DNA of 63,901 nucleotides, filler included, from Hausera hauseri (taxonomy: Eukaryota): the NCBI GenBank assembly GCA_046269625.1. It is 11 parts of 11 records of this genome, joined end to end, with 100 filler letters (N's around TTAATTAATTAA, not from the genome) between each part and the next. Parts side by side here need not be neighbours in the genome. Positions count along the whole stretch, not along the records: positions 11,761 to 16,069 come from JBJURY010643330.1; positions 16,170 to 21,035 come from JBJURY010410255.1; positions 21,136 to 27,098 come from JBJURY010161976.1; 8 more parts are not named here. One strand, given 5' to 3'. Made by a program: the position numbers and the translations under genes. The notes beneath the pieces were generated by a model. That model was not told the origin of the DNA. It searched no databases and saw nothing but the letters and a program-made list of their open reading frames with translations. Of this stretch, positions 12,421-25,560 are shown piece by piece (positions within the stretch are counted from its first letter, which is position 1; each line of letters starts with the position of its first letter).

Positions 12421-14162
12421 TCTATCACAAGTGACTTTATGACCTGTTAACATGAACTTCTCACATTAAAAGGCCAGAATAAAAATAAATACAGCTTCCG
12501 TTTCGTATGGAACAGAAAAAGAAACAAACAACTTTTAATACCATTATTTACTTTCACAATAATAACAATGGAATCGAATAATAATTATATAAAATTAATA
12601 TTAAACAAAGAATTCCAGAAGTATAAGGCACATTCTACTTTTAATGGAAGAAAAGATAGCCAAATGGATACAACTGCTTGATTTAACACGTACATAAGAT
12701 AAGATAAGATCAAATAGATTCTTCTAAAGTCAGATCTCATCAAATCGCATGTGCATTCACCAAAATAAGTTAAAGAAAGTGTACTCGGTACGGTGAACGC
12801 TAGAATACTAAACCACACACACATACACACTAGACATATTACGTAACGCTGATACATGTTCTGTGAGTTTGTGCTACTTTACATGTGTATATATAAAAAT
12901 ATTTCCAGCTAATTTTTAGTTACTGATGGAACTGACCGAAATTCGAGTAAGTGCATTATTCGAAATTTTGTATAATTTCACGTTTTTCAAATACTTTTTA
13001 CCTTCATTTGAATTTTGCTTTGACGAATTTCAGACAACAAAAATTATTAATTTTTAATATTTTTCGAATAATAATCTTCTCTAAATTTTGTATTGATTAT
13101 ATTGATTTCGTTGATATGCCAAATGTAAGTTTTTGTTTTATATAAATATTTAACTGTTAAAATATTGTATGCATTTCTTAAAAAAAAATTATAAATTCCC
13201 ATATATTACCGACAAAAAATTATCGACTTTTCTGTCGTCTACTGCTAGTCGATCTGATATTTTCAGGTTCTCTATTATCTCGAATTGAAGTTACCATTCT
13301 GCGCCAAACCAGTAACACTTTATCATTTCGTTCAAAACGCGTGTATTATAGTCCGTGGTCACTTAAATGTCTTGCTCAATATGGCTTAATTTGATCGACG
13401 AAAGATAACAATGAAATAACAGATCTCCAATATATCCTTGGTGCTTCGATTTAAACGTCCATAATTCATTCAAGAAATGATATACATTATACAATGTTTG
13501 AAAGAACTACGAAATAAAAAAGGACCGATATTAAAGTACTTTAATGGAAACTAACCAATGCTTTGGCTGCTTTCGATGTAGACATATCGTTATTTTTAGA
13601 TTAAAAAGAAATAACAACTATCGATTCGAGTATGACATTATCAGACTGCTACTTTCGGAGAAAAAACGGTCGAAAGATGCTAGTTCATACACTGTAAAGT
13701 CTGAGAAGTACTACTCCCCGATACGTGGAGGAGTAAATTGAGTATAAGTAGAAAAATATTTGAAAGTGAAGGGTTGATGTTTCACCTAAAACAATTTTGG
13801 ATGGTGGAAAATGAAGAGTCAGATAGTTTATGGAATTCGAAACATGATGATATCCATGAAATAAAATAAGAGCCAAGAATGTTCTGCGCGATCATCTGAG
13901 CACAAAATTATAGGAACAAATATGGCAATGTACTTGATGGAAAGAATAATGTTCGAAGAAAAATGAACATTTCTTAAATTAGGTCATGTTTCAAATGCGT
14001 TCGGTTTATTTGCTTTATTTTGATATTTAGCATACGATTTTGTGAAACTTCGTTTTGTTCCAATTGAAATTTTCATTAGCATTTTCTAATATATTCCTAC
14101 AGTCACCAAATGAAATGGTTTGAGTTTATTGATTCCAATTCGATCAATACTGCAATAATGCT

Positions 14163-14250
14163 AATTTTGAATAAGAATTCAAATTTTAAATAAGAATTCA
14201 AATTTTGAATAAGAATTCGAATTTTAAATAAGAATTCAAATTTTGAATTG
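14163..14250. repeat. 20-bp tandem repeat AATTTTRAATAAGAATTCRA, ~4 copies
   Basis: Directly visible. Confidence 0.85.
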
Positions 14251-14769
14251 AATTTGTATTCTCTTTACATCCTGATGCAGACAATATGTTACACAGTACT
14301 TCTGCAGTCTAACTCCGGTAGCCTTTAATTTATAGTGCTTCAACGAGATATTCATCAAATGAAAATGTTCATCGGTAATAACAAAAGCGAAATAATTGTA
14401 TAAAAACCCAACTGATTTTATCACAATATAACTTTATTAACGAAATGAAAAGTAATTATGTAACGAATAGCAATTTAAGAAGCAGATGTACACAAAAAAT
14501 CCAGGTGTACTACCGATTGATTAAACTGTCGGTATTGGAGAAATTTGGCATGCCTAATTTAGTTTACGAAATAAAAATGAATCAATATCTTGAACCTTAA
14601 AAAGTTTTTCGAATTTGCCATTTGACGAATTATATATGCATATAGAAAGATCGAAACTGTTTAAAAAGCTAATGGAAAAATTCAAAAGGTAGTCAAAATT
14701 TTGTAGCTATAGAAATAGAATTTTATTACTGAATGATTTAAATGTCTCCTTATATGCGACTTATTACAG

Positions 14770-16069
14770 CTCGATTCGACAACAAACCAGAAAACAGAGG
14801 CAACAAAACAGCCTAATCCGGAAAAGTGTGACAAAGAATGGGAAGTATATTTGAACTCTGAACTAAATGTGAACTCAACGAAACCGCTAGATGCACATAA
14901 TATGGGCGAACTGAATGATGTTCAAGCAATAATCAGTCTGATCAAAGCCAGTATTGGTACCGGTATTTTGGCATTGCCATCTGCTGTAAAATATTCTGGT
15001 TATGTTTTGGGAACTGTATCAATATTTGTACTGTCTGTTGCATCAATTTACTGTATGAGACTGCTATTAGAAATTGTTGCATTTTTACGAAAATCGAGTC
15101 CCGAACCAATTAAAGAACTAGATTACCAAAGAACTGTTAAGTTATGTTTTGAATATGCCAAACCGAATCTGAGAAAATTTAAATGGATGCACCATGTGCT
15201 CTATGTTAGTCTTCTGGTAGCTCAGATCGGATTTTTGTCGTCGTACCACATATTCGTCTCTGAAAATACGAGACATCTGATCAATGAATTTGTACCAGAT
15301 CAATACAAACTGTCAATTAGAATTTATCAGGCCTGTTTCTTTGCTTTTCTGCTTCCACTTCTTTTCATTAAAACACTTGACAAACTTTCATATTTCTGCC
15401 AAATAGCGAATGTTTTAATAGTAATCTCTCTCGTCATATCACTTGTCTATTGCTTTTACGACCCGTTACCACTTAGTCAATTGTCGATGATCAAAATTAA
15501 TGACTCGACACCGATATTTTTCGGTATTGTGATATTCGCATTTGAATCCATCAATCTCATAAATCCCATTGAAATCAATTTGAAAAAGAAAGACAATTTT
15601 CTTAAACCATTCGGTGTACTGAATATTGCCACGTCAATTGTACTTATTATGTACTTAATTGTCGGATTTGCCGGATACTGGAAATTCGGTGAGGAAATGA
15701 GCGGGTCCCTTATCATGTCCATTCCTCTCCATCCATGGTACAATCTCCTAGTGAAACCGCTATACATCATATCGATTTTCATCAGCTATGCTCTGCAGGG
15801 TTTTGTTATGTTTTCCATCATATGGAGAAAATTGGATAGAAAAATCACAAATCCAACAGGACGAAAAATCGGTGACATTGGAATACGAATTGGAATCGTC
15901 GCTATAACAACATTACTTTCGTTATCGATTCCACAATTCGACTTGATTATTTCCTTATTCGGATCTCTTACCGGAGGTGCTATCACATTAATTATTCCGA
16001 GTCTTTGCCATATGGTCTATGTTTATTCAGTAAAACCAAGCAAATTTTGGCGACTAAGAATGATACTCG
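14770..16069 (+). CDS. Proton-coupled amino-acid transporter (SLC36/PAT, Aa_trans family), 3'-truncated
   Basis: LIKASIGTGILALP, FFGIVIFAFESI, GFAGYWKFG, IFISYALQG, ISLFGSLTG; about 10 TM segments. Frame is open from the AG acceptor at 14769; the true start is uncertain. Confidence 0.9.
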
Positions 16070-16169
16070 NNNNNNNNNNNNNNNNNNNNNNNNNNNNNNN
16101 NNNNNNNNNNNNNTTAATTAATTAANNNNNNNNNNNNNNNNNNNNNNNNNNNNNNNNNNNNNNNNNNNN

Positions 16170-19100
16170 GCCAGGTTCTCCTTCAAAAAGCTGTGTAACA
16201 CTGGAGTTTCCTGTTCAATACATCAACAATGTAAGAGAATGAAAATGCAATTTTATCTGAATTGATACACTTCTTAAAATATATTCTTATAAGTCATCAC
16301 AATACATGAAGATGAATGTTTGAGTTACGAGGAACAAGCACAGACCTTATATGATAGGTGTTGTGCAACCTACATTGAAAATTAAATGGACACAAAGTAC
16401 ATACCAAAGTTTACAGAAAAACCGAACTTCAGCTTTTCCACTATGGTTGAGAGAAAAAAGCGAGTTACCCCCTGTCCCACAGCAACATCTCCTGAAAAGT
16501 AAATGTTTTTCCAGATTAAAAGTACTTCAAGTAAAAGACAAGTTATTTGTGATATGTGTGACTAAGTGAAATTTACCTTCAAGCCTACAATTAAGCGGGC
16601 GTGCCCATTGCACATTTGGTCGCTTATAGAAGGAAATCAGAGCCAAGTCTTTCTCAGCAGGGCTTTCTCTTATGTCCATCTTCAACAGTAAGGGGTTCTC
16701 TGTTGCATGTGTTCGAAGGAAATGGTCTGCACAGCAAGATATGGCCTTCAAAGGGTCGCTGATGGTATGCCAGTCTGAGAAAAAAATACACACACACACA
16801 CACACACACACACAGGGTAAATGATATGGACTTAAAAATTTCTAGGCTTCATCAGCCTAACTTTTTGAATTATAAATCAATCACTACTTTCGGTCTTGAA
16901 AGCCAGAAAATAATACTAGAAGCCACAAAACTATAATTATTAAGTTCAAGTAGTACACCTGTGTTGCAAAACTGACCCCCATCAAATAAGTCTGAAATGT
17001 GAACAAACTTGACTTTCATTTAAATGGTGTAAACAGAAAAAATCAAAAGTAGTACAACTGTAAAGACAACCTGTTAAAAATAATATTGTTTTTATTGCAA
17101 GATGACAAATTATTACCATGGTGAATTTCTTTGAGGGTATATCATCCCCCCAACACACACATACCACACATACAAAGAGGAAAATAAGTACCGGTATTTG
17201 AACACCCTGCAATTTTACTAATTCTCCCACAAAATCTCCCACATTTACATACACAGGTACCAACATTTTTTTATGTGTGTAAGTCCTTAAAAGGAACTAC
17301 TTAACCACCAACCTCAGACCACACTTACCATCACTGCCTAATGAATTTGTCGTAGATGGCCCAGCCATTGCAGATGGCCCAGGCATTGCAGATGGCCCAG
17401 GCATTGCAGATGGCCCAGGCATTGCAGATGGCCCAGGCATTGCAGATGGCCCAGGTATTGGTTGTTCCATGGAATGAGGTACTCTACTTCTGAGACAGTA
17501 TTTGTTATTGCACTTGCAACATGCTTTAAATACTTGTCACACTATAACGTTTTAGACAACTTAATTCTTTAATGTCTAAATTAAGTTATACATTTTCGTT
17601 TGTTACCATTACAGTATGTACTGTCTAAAAGTGGCTTCCAATTCCAATTGTTTTGAAATTTTTCTTAAGTTGCCATAAGTTTTCTTAAACATTATGGTGT
17701 GAAAAGGCCTTTAGACAAAAAATAGTTTTAATAAATATTATCACAGAAGGAAAATAATTACCTTTCTCCACATGAAGCAGCATGCACTTCTATATCCTCA
17801 GTTGAAAACATGTCTGCACACACAGGACACTCTTGCATAGCTGTTATTGGAAAGCCAAAGCCACATAGCTGTAATGAAGCAAACAAGCATCTAAAATACC
17901 ACTGTATAACATGCAAACATTTAAAACGTCTTACATATTTCAACTTCAGTGTCAACACAAAGATCAACACAAGCCAGGTTTTCATCTGAGGTGAGGTCTG
18001 TGTCACCACAAGTCTTTATGTGTTCAGTCAAAAAGTGCAAGGGGACATCTATTCTACATTTTTGACACATGGCCTTTGGCATGTTAGCAAATGCCTCATC
18101 AGTCAGCTTGAGAGGATCTGTGCACAGTTGTTCCTGAACAGGAGCTATAAAAAGGGTTTTCCCGCCACGACTCGCAATTTTCAACATTGTCCCAGTATAT
18201 CCACTGTCTTCAGGGCCAATCAAGGTCAATTTACGTCTTCCCCATCCACCTGTAAAGAGATATTTTTGATTTAAAAACATTGTTATGATGAAATTGCCTC
18301 ACCAGATTAACTGTATTAAAGTCATGCACTAATTATAGACTGAAGTAACTGGTTAGATCAATACTAACAAATACAACAACAATGAAAACGACAAAACAAA
18401 TAATAAAATTAACTGGATAGCAACCATTTCATCACCCACCTGCAGATTTATAAAGGAGCCAACCCCCTGTAGTTGCTCCAAGCTTTGGAAACAAAACTTT
18501 AAGGGATTCACACAGCTGTAAAAAAACATATATAATATTAAACTTATCAGAAATACATTCAAATACACAGGGATAAATCAACATATAATGTTAATACATG
18601 CAATGGGAAGTGGTGGACCAAAAAATAGTTTTACATCAAATGGTGATTCTCATTTACAAAGATTCAAAATTGATTTTAAATGTCCCAAAATTGATATTTA
18701 AAATAAAAAATAACAAAGCAAATCCAATGGCTGCAAGCCTTTATTTTTTAACTATTTGGGATGTCCTGACATCAACACACAGCTGCTTCTGGAACATATT
18801 CATGCGCAGAAAGCACCAAAACAAAGAGGAAAGTTCAAAATTGGAGGAAAGATTTCCAACTGGCATCGTCTTTGTTCAAGGCAAAGACTTGGGCCCATTT
18901 TGGTTTTGCACTGAATCAGTCCGAATCACTATGTGCAAGGTTTGCAAAATGAAGGTTAAGCACTTTCAGAACACAACGAAAAGGCTCACGTTATCGGTTT
19001 TTAATGAAAAATTGATTTTGAATCAAATCATGCCCCCGAATTCAGAATTGAATTGTGAGATAGTAAAAGATTCCCACCCCTAATGATCGCCACTTTATCT

Positions 19101-19975
19101 GGCCAGCCCAATAAACTGCTCAAAAATGCAAATAAGTAATAAGACAATCAGATGGCAGCATTATTGTACTGTCAAGTCGACAAGATCAAGGTGAGCTGCT
19201 CACGTTCAAATACAGAATCAAAATAAAGTAGAAATGCAAATGAAGTGACTTTACATAGCATGTTGTTTGGTTTGAATAATTTGGGATCTATGACTCTTGA
19301 TATATGACTTTTCACCCACAACTATCTATAAGATTTCAGAGAATGGGGAAGGAGAAAGAGTACATATCCAATGAGCGGGAGTTCTGATTTGAAATGCCTT
19401 GTTGATGACAGATGTCAGTAGAGAATGCCTTGAGTGTTTACAGATGAAAGAAAGGCCAAAGGAACCTAAAAGGCACTGGTTCCAACCAATATTCAGTTAA
19501 AACATAGATCAGAGAAACATTCTCAAGTGCGTACACCTAAAGAGTTAGGTGACAAAAGATCTTAAGTTGCAGCTATAAGAGCAACTAAAGATTAACTAAT
19601 GGAAATGTAAAACGATGTTTGTAGGTAAAAAAGATAAGAAATTAATTAAAATGTCACTCCAAACTTATTGTCATCAGTAATCTATAGATTTGTAAATATT
19701 TGTATATTGTGTGTGTTACCCAGCTTAGTTTTACATGTAATCTGTATCAGATTACCTCTTCATGTGTTGTGCTCTCATCTATACGAGCAGTTCTTCGGCC
19801 CAATCCTGCCTGCATGTGGATTAACTGCTCTTCTTCTTTAGGTGTCTTTTCACAGTGTTTTGGCAGTAGATAAAAAGTTACTTCTAGTGGCTTTGTCTTT
19901 TTTGCAGGAACAAGGTTTGTTTGAGGAAATCTTCTTTTTCCTCTTCCTCTTGTGAAAATACCAGGAAAAGATCTG
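16170..19975 (-). CDS. Multi-exon G2E3-like (UBZ finger + start of HECT) gene of teleost type, partial
   Basis: Exons with GT-AG borders: ~19756-19975 (QAGLGRRT), ~17961-18250 (GYTG..LK..LFIAPVQ), ~17761-17835 (ECPVCADMFSTEDIEVHAASC), ~17329-17490 (MPGPSA repeats), ~16577-16774 (FYKRPNVQWARPLNCRLE), ~16170-16210 (LFEGEP). Confidence 0.55.
16788..16814. repeat. (CA)n microsatellite
   Basis: Directly visible. Confidence 0.95.
17354..17460. repeat. 18-bp minisatellite GCAGATGGCCCAGGCATT, ~6 copies (encodes MPGPSA on minus strand)
   Basis: Directly visible. Confidence 0.9.
18890..18980 (+). mobile_element. hAT/ZBED BED-zinc-finger remnant
   Basis: WAHFGF (frameshift) ...CKVCKMKVKHFQNTT. Confidence 0.5.
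19305..19530 (+). mobile_element. Degenerate fish-type Tc1 remnant
   Basis: TTTTCACCCACAACTATCT...AGAGAATGG...AATGCCTTGTTGATG...GTCAG.AGAGAATG resembles a widespread teleost Tc1 family (from memory). Confidence 0.5.
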
Positions 19976-20073
19976 TTGCACAGAAAAAATAAATTAAGTA
20001 CACAGTTTATTTCATTTTCAACATCACCTTCAAGACATAAACTGTGACAAATATGGAAGGAGATTCACAGAAG

Positions 20074-20076
<3 letters not shown>

Positions 20077-20105
<29 letters not shown>
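20077..20105. repeat. (TA)n microsatellite
   Basis: Directly visible. Confidence 0.95.
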
Positions 20106-20107
<2 letters not shown>

Positions 20108-21135
20108 AAGAGTAAGTCTGGTTCCGTTGTTGAACCTTAGACCATGTTGTTAAACCTGTGGTCTTCTTGTGTTGTTATACCCTGCTATTACAACGTGTTA
20201 TCTCACATGACATTTGGACAATGGAACAACTCGTGAACATATTTCGGAATCAGACCCATTTATATAGGTAAATATACAGAATGAATTACAACGTATCAAC
20301 TTCCAGTTTAACAACATGGTCTAAAGTCATAATTTTTACACATCTGGAACCACAGATGGAGAAACAAAAATTAAGTACACAATGTCATAATATCAATACA
20401 TAAAATAGAGATGTTAGAAAACAAACGAGGAGCTTAATAATAATGCATGTTTAAAAATAAAGTTTAACATGAATGAAGTTGTCATTAAAGTATTTACCTG
20501 GTCATTTCCATGTGGACGGATGGCGTACTTCCATTCACTACATTTGGTCTCTGTGGCCTTCAAAAGTTTGATCAAAGAATATTAGAGGACAGGTAATATT
20601 CAAACAATCTACTTTGAATCTGCATTTTATTATTCTGTTTTAATATTTATTTTATTACTAAACCTGGCATCCTGGTTGCTGACTTCACGTCTCCCTCCAC
20701 TCTGAGATCTTTCAGTTGATGTTAATAAATTAAGTAAATGCCTGGCTGACTGAATTATATCATCCTGACTATCCTGCCATCACAAAATACACACACAAGA
20801 GACAGCAACAAAACAGCTTAAGTATAAACACTCAAGAAGTGATATGTGAATGATAATACAATAGAACAGATACCGCGAATATCAGTGTGGTTATGTCGGA
20901 AGTGTTAAAAGCCTCACCTTCGAGCAGACGAAGACCACCTTAACTGAGTAAGAGGTGAAGCAACTAATAGCCATTAACTGTCAGGATCTTCTGTGCTGCA
21001 TAAGGCAAGAACTAATTGAAAATTCAGCTGTCATGNNNNNNNNNNNNNNNNNNNNNNNNNNNNNNNNNNNNNNNNNNNNTTAATTAATTAANNNNNNNNN
21101 NNNNNNNNNNNNNNNNNNNNNNNNNNNNNNNNNNN

Positions 21136-21730
21136 ATTAGGAAGTAAGAAGAGAATATTATGTGCTTTAGTTAAAGAGTCGGTAATGTTATTTGCCCGTA
21201 GCCATAGTTGATGGAATTTCAACCCAGTTTTGCGGGAGCCTTAGTTATCAATAAAAAATTTGGTGCAGTTAGGGAAAGGAGCGGAAGCGGTAATGGATGG
21301 GAGGTTGCTAGCATGCGTAGAAATAGGTTTTTGAAGTAATATGACAAATTTTGGTTTTGTGGTGGTTTTATCCGTGATGTCAATGATTGGCGAAAAGTTC
21401 ATGCCACCGCGGATACGGAGATGTATGTAGAGGCAAGTGTGGCTTTCGAAAGATGGTAGGGTTCCGGTGAGAGGTATAATACCGCCGTTATGGGTGAGAT
21501 AAAATTCGGAAGAGTTAATTAAGAAAGAAATGAATGTACGAAGAGTTGTAATATGTAAATGTGTGTATTATTGAGGAAAAGGAAAATAGAAGGGAAGAAG
21601 TAGTGCGCCTGTGGGCGTGGTGTGGGGCCAACGCGAAAGCCGCCGTCCGACCGACCAGCGCAGGGTTGACGATCGGGACTTCCGCACCGGCGCGGCTGGC
21701 CCCAAAATGCAGGGTGGCCGAGTTTCCCCT
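21136..21730 (-). mobile_element. 5' end of a putative retroelement: GC-rich structured leader plus ORF with ubiquitin-like LRIRGG
   Basis: Abrupt GC-rich segment starting AGGGGAAACT; stem GGGGCCAGC/GTTGGCCCC; ORF EFYLTHNGGIIP...LYIHLRIRGG|MNF. Confidence 0.4.
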
Positions 21731-21865
21731 CAAATCCCGCAATATTTGAATGTTATTTTTATTCATTTTCAATTCTCTCAAATAACATTTCATGGCTTTA
21801 TCGTACTTCCTATCTGACTTTTGGACTAAAGCATAAACGTGGCAACAAACTGAACTATTGATATC
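21731..21865 (-). pseudogene. NAA15/NAA16 (NatA auxiliary subunit) TPR fragment
   Basis: [41 protein letters not shown] resembles NAA15 [41 protein letters not shown]. Confidence 0.75.
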
Positions 21866-21919
21866 ATTTACAGAAAATATGAATACATCATCAATGGACT
21901 TACATTCGAAAGTGGTAAT

Positions 21920-22170
21920 TTGGTTTCTCATGTCTTTGTGTAGAATAAATTCAGAACCGGATGTTGGTGGGTAAATACCAGTGAGAATGGAAATTATCGT
22001 TGTTTTGCCTGCTCCGTTGTATCCAAGGAATGCCGTAATTTGTGGCTGGTAGAAATTTAGACTTAATTTATCAACAACAGGCCCTTGGGATTTGGGATAG
22101 ATTTTTGTCAGTTCCTTAATGGAAATGCCCACAGGGAAGTTAACGGGTTCCGATTTCAAGTTCAGACGAG
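21920..22170 (-). pseudogene. ABCA NBD1 fragment (Walker A)
   Basis: [55 protein letters not shown], a close paralogue of 46290-46510 in this window. Confidence 0.85.
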
Positions 22171-22204
22171 TAAGTTGACTCAAGTTTTTTTACACACCGT
22201 TTTG

Positions 22205-24012
22205 TCAACTGTTTTTTCCAAGGGAAATTTTATCATCTCGGTCGGAATGCAGACGTAAAGATAATAAATCATTATTCTGCATAATTTCTGTGTTGGCTGT
22301 TACAATTCGCCCAAAACGATCCTTTGGTTTTGACGACCGCAGTGGAAGAACTTGAACTAAAGTGCAAAGCATATCGGTCATTTTGTACGTGAACACACCG
22401 GCACTATCTGTGAAGCACAATAAATATGGTTCTCGATACACATTTTTTGTTGGCTTATATGGCCACTAAATATCGGGACGTGTCTGTTTTCGACTTCTGT
22501 TCACAAAAACTCCTGAATATTTAAACAAAATGAGGTATTCGTCATACGTAATAACTAAACACAAAAGCGGCTCAAATTGGAAAATTCTTAAGTAACACAG
22601 ATTTGAATCGAGATCAGCCGCGTCTTTTTGGAGTATAATTAACGGATGAGTTGACTCCCACAAATTATAAATGGCCACCGAATCCTGCATTCCAACCAAA
22701 ATAAAGGTCCCATTTACTCTTAATTCCAAAGAAAATATGTTGGTTGGACATGTTATATCGCGAATCTTTTCACATCGATTTGGTTTCATGTTTAGATGAT
22801 ACATGTTAATTATGTTCTTGAATGCAGCACACATAATCCAAATGGACTAAGCGGACTGAGAACGAATTTGAAACGTGCTATTCGTCGTTTTTATTTCATC
22901 CTTTGGAGCAAACATTGTGCCTGCTGGTACGAGGCTCGAATCGACAACGAACATCGTACAGGATTTTCCTCTGTCGACAGTATTTGGATCTTGGTCAACT
23001 ACACCGTCCAGTGTTCCGGATAAGACCAATTTAAGATTTCTTTGTTTTGATTGTATAACAGCGATGAGTTGTAATTCCTGTTGATTGAGAATTTCCGTCA
23101 TATAAATGGATTTTCTATCACCGATTTTTTGACACCCGGAGTCCGTTACTTTTATCAAACCTTTTTCAGTACTGAGTAACAACATTGACTCATCAACAAT
23201 ATTTGCACATAATATCTGACGAATTTGAACAGGGATATCGAGATTATTGAGGCAACTTTTTTCATGAAAGACAAATCGTTTGGTAGAATCCTTTTTCAAC
23301 AAATTTACAGTATCAACAATCATCTGGATCCACCGGTTTTTCAGTTCAACGGTATCAAAGAGTACATAAGCAGGAATCAAATTATTCAAATTTCCAGATA
23401 TTTTGACAATCAAATCACTGTCTTATTGGCATGAATTGCTTCGTCTTTCGACACAGGAACGACTTTGAATTCTCAGTATTTCAAATCTATTATTCGGCAT
23501 GGATTTCGGATTATGTCGGGATATTGAGCACCAGTTGATCCTTCTTTAAAGTCGAAGAAAAACAACTTGCAGTCTGTTAATGTCAAATACTGTTTCTTCC
23601 ATCCTTTTCTGATTCCACCGGGTTTGGGAACCTTCACGAAACTCTGAAACAGTACCGATCCCAGCTTTAATGTCCGCACCTCTTCCGAAAGAATCTCTAT
23701 CGTAACAATCGTTTTCAATAACCATTTTCATATACGAATGATGACAAGAAAACCCACATTCCTGATATTTCATACCCTGTAAACTTACGCCCAACACGTG
23801 ACTCGTACAATAATCGCATTTAACCAATTTGCTGAAATACGTTTGAACAAAGGTATGACGATTTTCTAACTTTTTTATTGTATTATCAGTAAGCTTACTA
23901 CTGAATTCGGACAATGTTGTCGGAATTGATGGTAGAGAAATGTCCAGTGATGATAGATCTTTCAAATGCTCGATTATTTTATCCTTTCCCTCAATAATAT
24001 TTTCTTTTGAAC
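22205..24012 (-). pseudogene. MRCK/CDC42BP-like C1-PH-CNH region, frameshifted, no kinase domain
   Basis: C1: HTF...KCDYCTS...QGM...CGFSCH; PH: VKVPKPGGIRKGWKKQY...DCKLFFFD; CNH: ILCANIVDESMLLLSTEKGL, EYLILFKYSGVFVN, YREPYLLCF. Confidence 0.8.
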
Positions 24013-24275
24013 GAACGGCTGATTGTAAATATGAAAAAATTCCTGCGGCTTGCTGAAAATATTTAGCAGCATTTTTCAGTCCAATATCATCGAAGAGATT
24101 TTGCGTTTCAGCAACTTGGGAATAAACAGCTGCTATATTGAAAAGAATAGATATTCTTCCAAAAGCTCCAGAAGCTATTTTCAGATAATTTTTCTTTCCA
24201 AATAATGAATCTTTGGTAAACGAATCGTGCCATTTAAAATCAATTCGTACACCGTTTTCCTCCATCGGAAGTATG
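24013..24275 (-). pseudogene. ALIX/PDCD6IP BRO1-domain fragment, fused in frame to the MRCK fragment
   Basis: FKWHDSFTKDSLFG...ILFNIAAVYSQVAETQNLFDDIGLKNAAKYFQQAAGIFSYL resembles ALIX FTWKDAFDKGSLFG...VLFNCAALASQIAAEQNLDNDEGLKIAAKHYQFASG. Confidence 0.8.
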
Positions 24276-24399
24276 CAAATCTCACTTCTGATACCAATTT
24301 ATTTGTGATTTGATTGATAAATATCCACTTATACGAGAATCCTAAAAGATTAACTTCATGCAATTATAAAACAATAGTTTTGTGAAGACCGTCTAACGG

Positions 24400-25560
24400 C
24401 ACAATCGTATGGTGCCGCCTCAAGGCAGAAAATCGGGGGACTGCCTATGTTCCCGACGCGGCAGCAGCGGAAACCCGGACGTGCCCAACCGAATAAGCCA
24501 GAGGGCGAAGGTCGACGCGGACACCACAAGAACCACTTCCCGAATGTAACGGATATCAGTACATCCTAACCATTCTCGACAGGAAAACAAGATAGCCCGA
24601 AGCCATTTCAATCCGCCAAATAACAACGCAAAGCGTTGTGGCTTTACTGCTAAATACATGGATTTCTCGGTTTGGAGTACCTAAAACATTATAATAGATC
24701 AAGGTACTCAATTCGAATAAGCCATGTTCAACCAATTAATCAAATTGCTTGGTTCAAAGCATATTCACACATCACCCTATCACCCGCAGGCGAATGGCTT
24801 GATTGAACGATTTTATCGTACACTCAAATTATCCGTACGAATCCTATGCCACGATAACAAGAACGGGCTGGATGCATTACCAATTGTGCTATTAGGGTGG
24901 AAAAACACTCCTAACACTGGCACTGATGCCTCTCCAACACAACTATTATTTGGTGTTCACCTTACATTCCCACAAGATCTGGTGATCAATGAGGAAGTAA
25001 CTTCCATTCCTGCTCTCAACCAAGCTCGGAAACATTTTCTGTCAATAGACACGAACTCTGCATTCCACAACAATCACAAAAAACCAATCATGCCCAAGAA
25101 CCCACGAGATGCATCCTTTGTCTGGCCCAAAAGGCAACAAAGACACGGTTTTGAACCATGCTACAAGGGCCTCTACAAACTCATAGAAATCACTGAACAC
25201 CACGCCAAAATATTACGCTACAATTCTGAACATATAGCCACTTGTCGAACATAAAACCCGCATTCGTTTATCACGATTCCTATATAGAAGATCCTACCCA
25301 TCAAGACGTACCAAGGATGTCAGAAGTATACAAGCTTCGAGAAAACTACGACAGAATTGATTCATTCAATATGGACACTCCCGTAGTATATGACCCGATC
25401 CCTGTCCATACTGAGACATATATTACCCCGGCACCCGTGCTTCAGGAAACGGAATGTACGAAAATACGTAGTCAAATCCCTGCCTCACCGGTATCGAGTC
25501 GCACCAGGAGTGCATCTAAGATACTCTGACTTCATTGAAATCCTACCGTAACCAAACGGC
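24400..25560 (+). mobile_element. Internally deleted Ty3/Gypsy fragment (integrase core and C-terminus)
   Basis: WISRFGVPK, DQGTQFE, TSPYHPQANGLIERF, PCYKGLYK (GPY-like). Confidence 0.75.
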
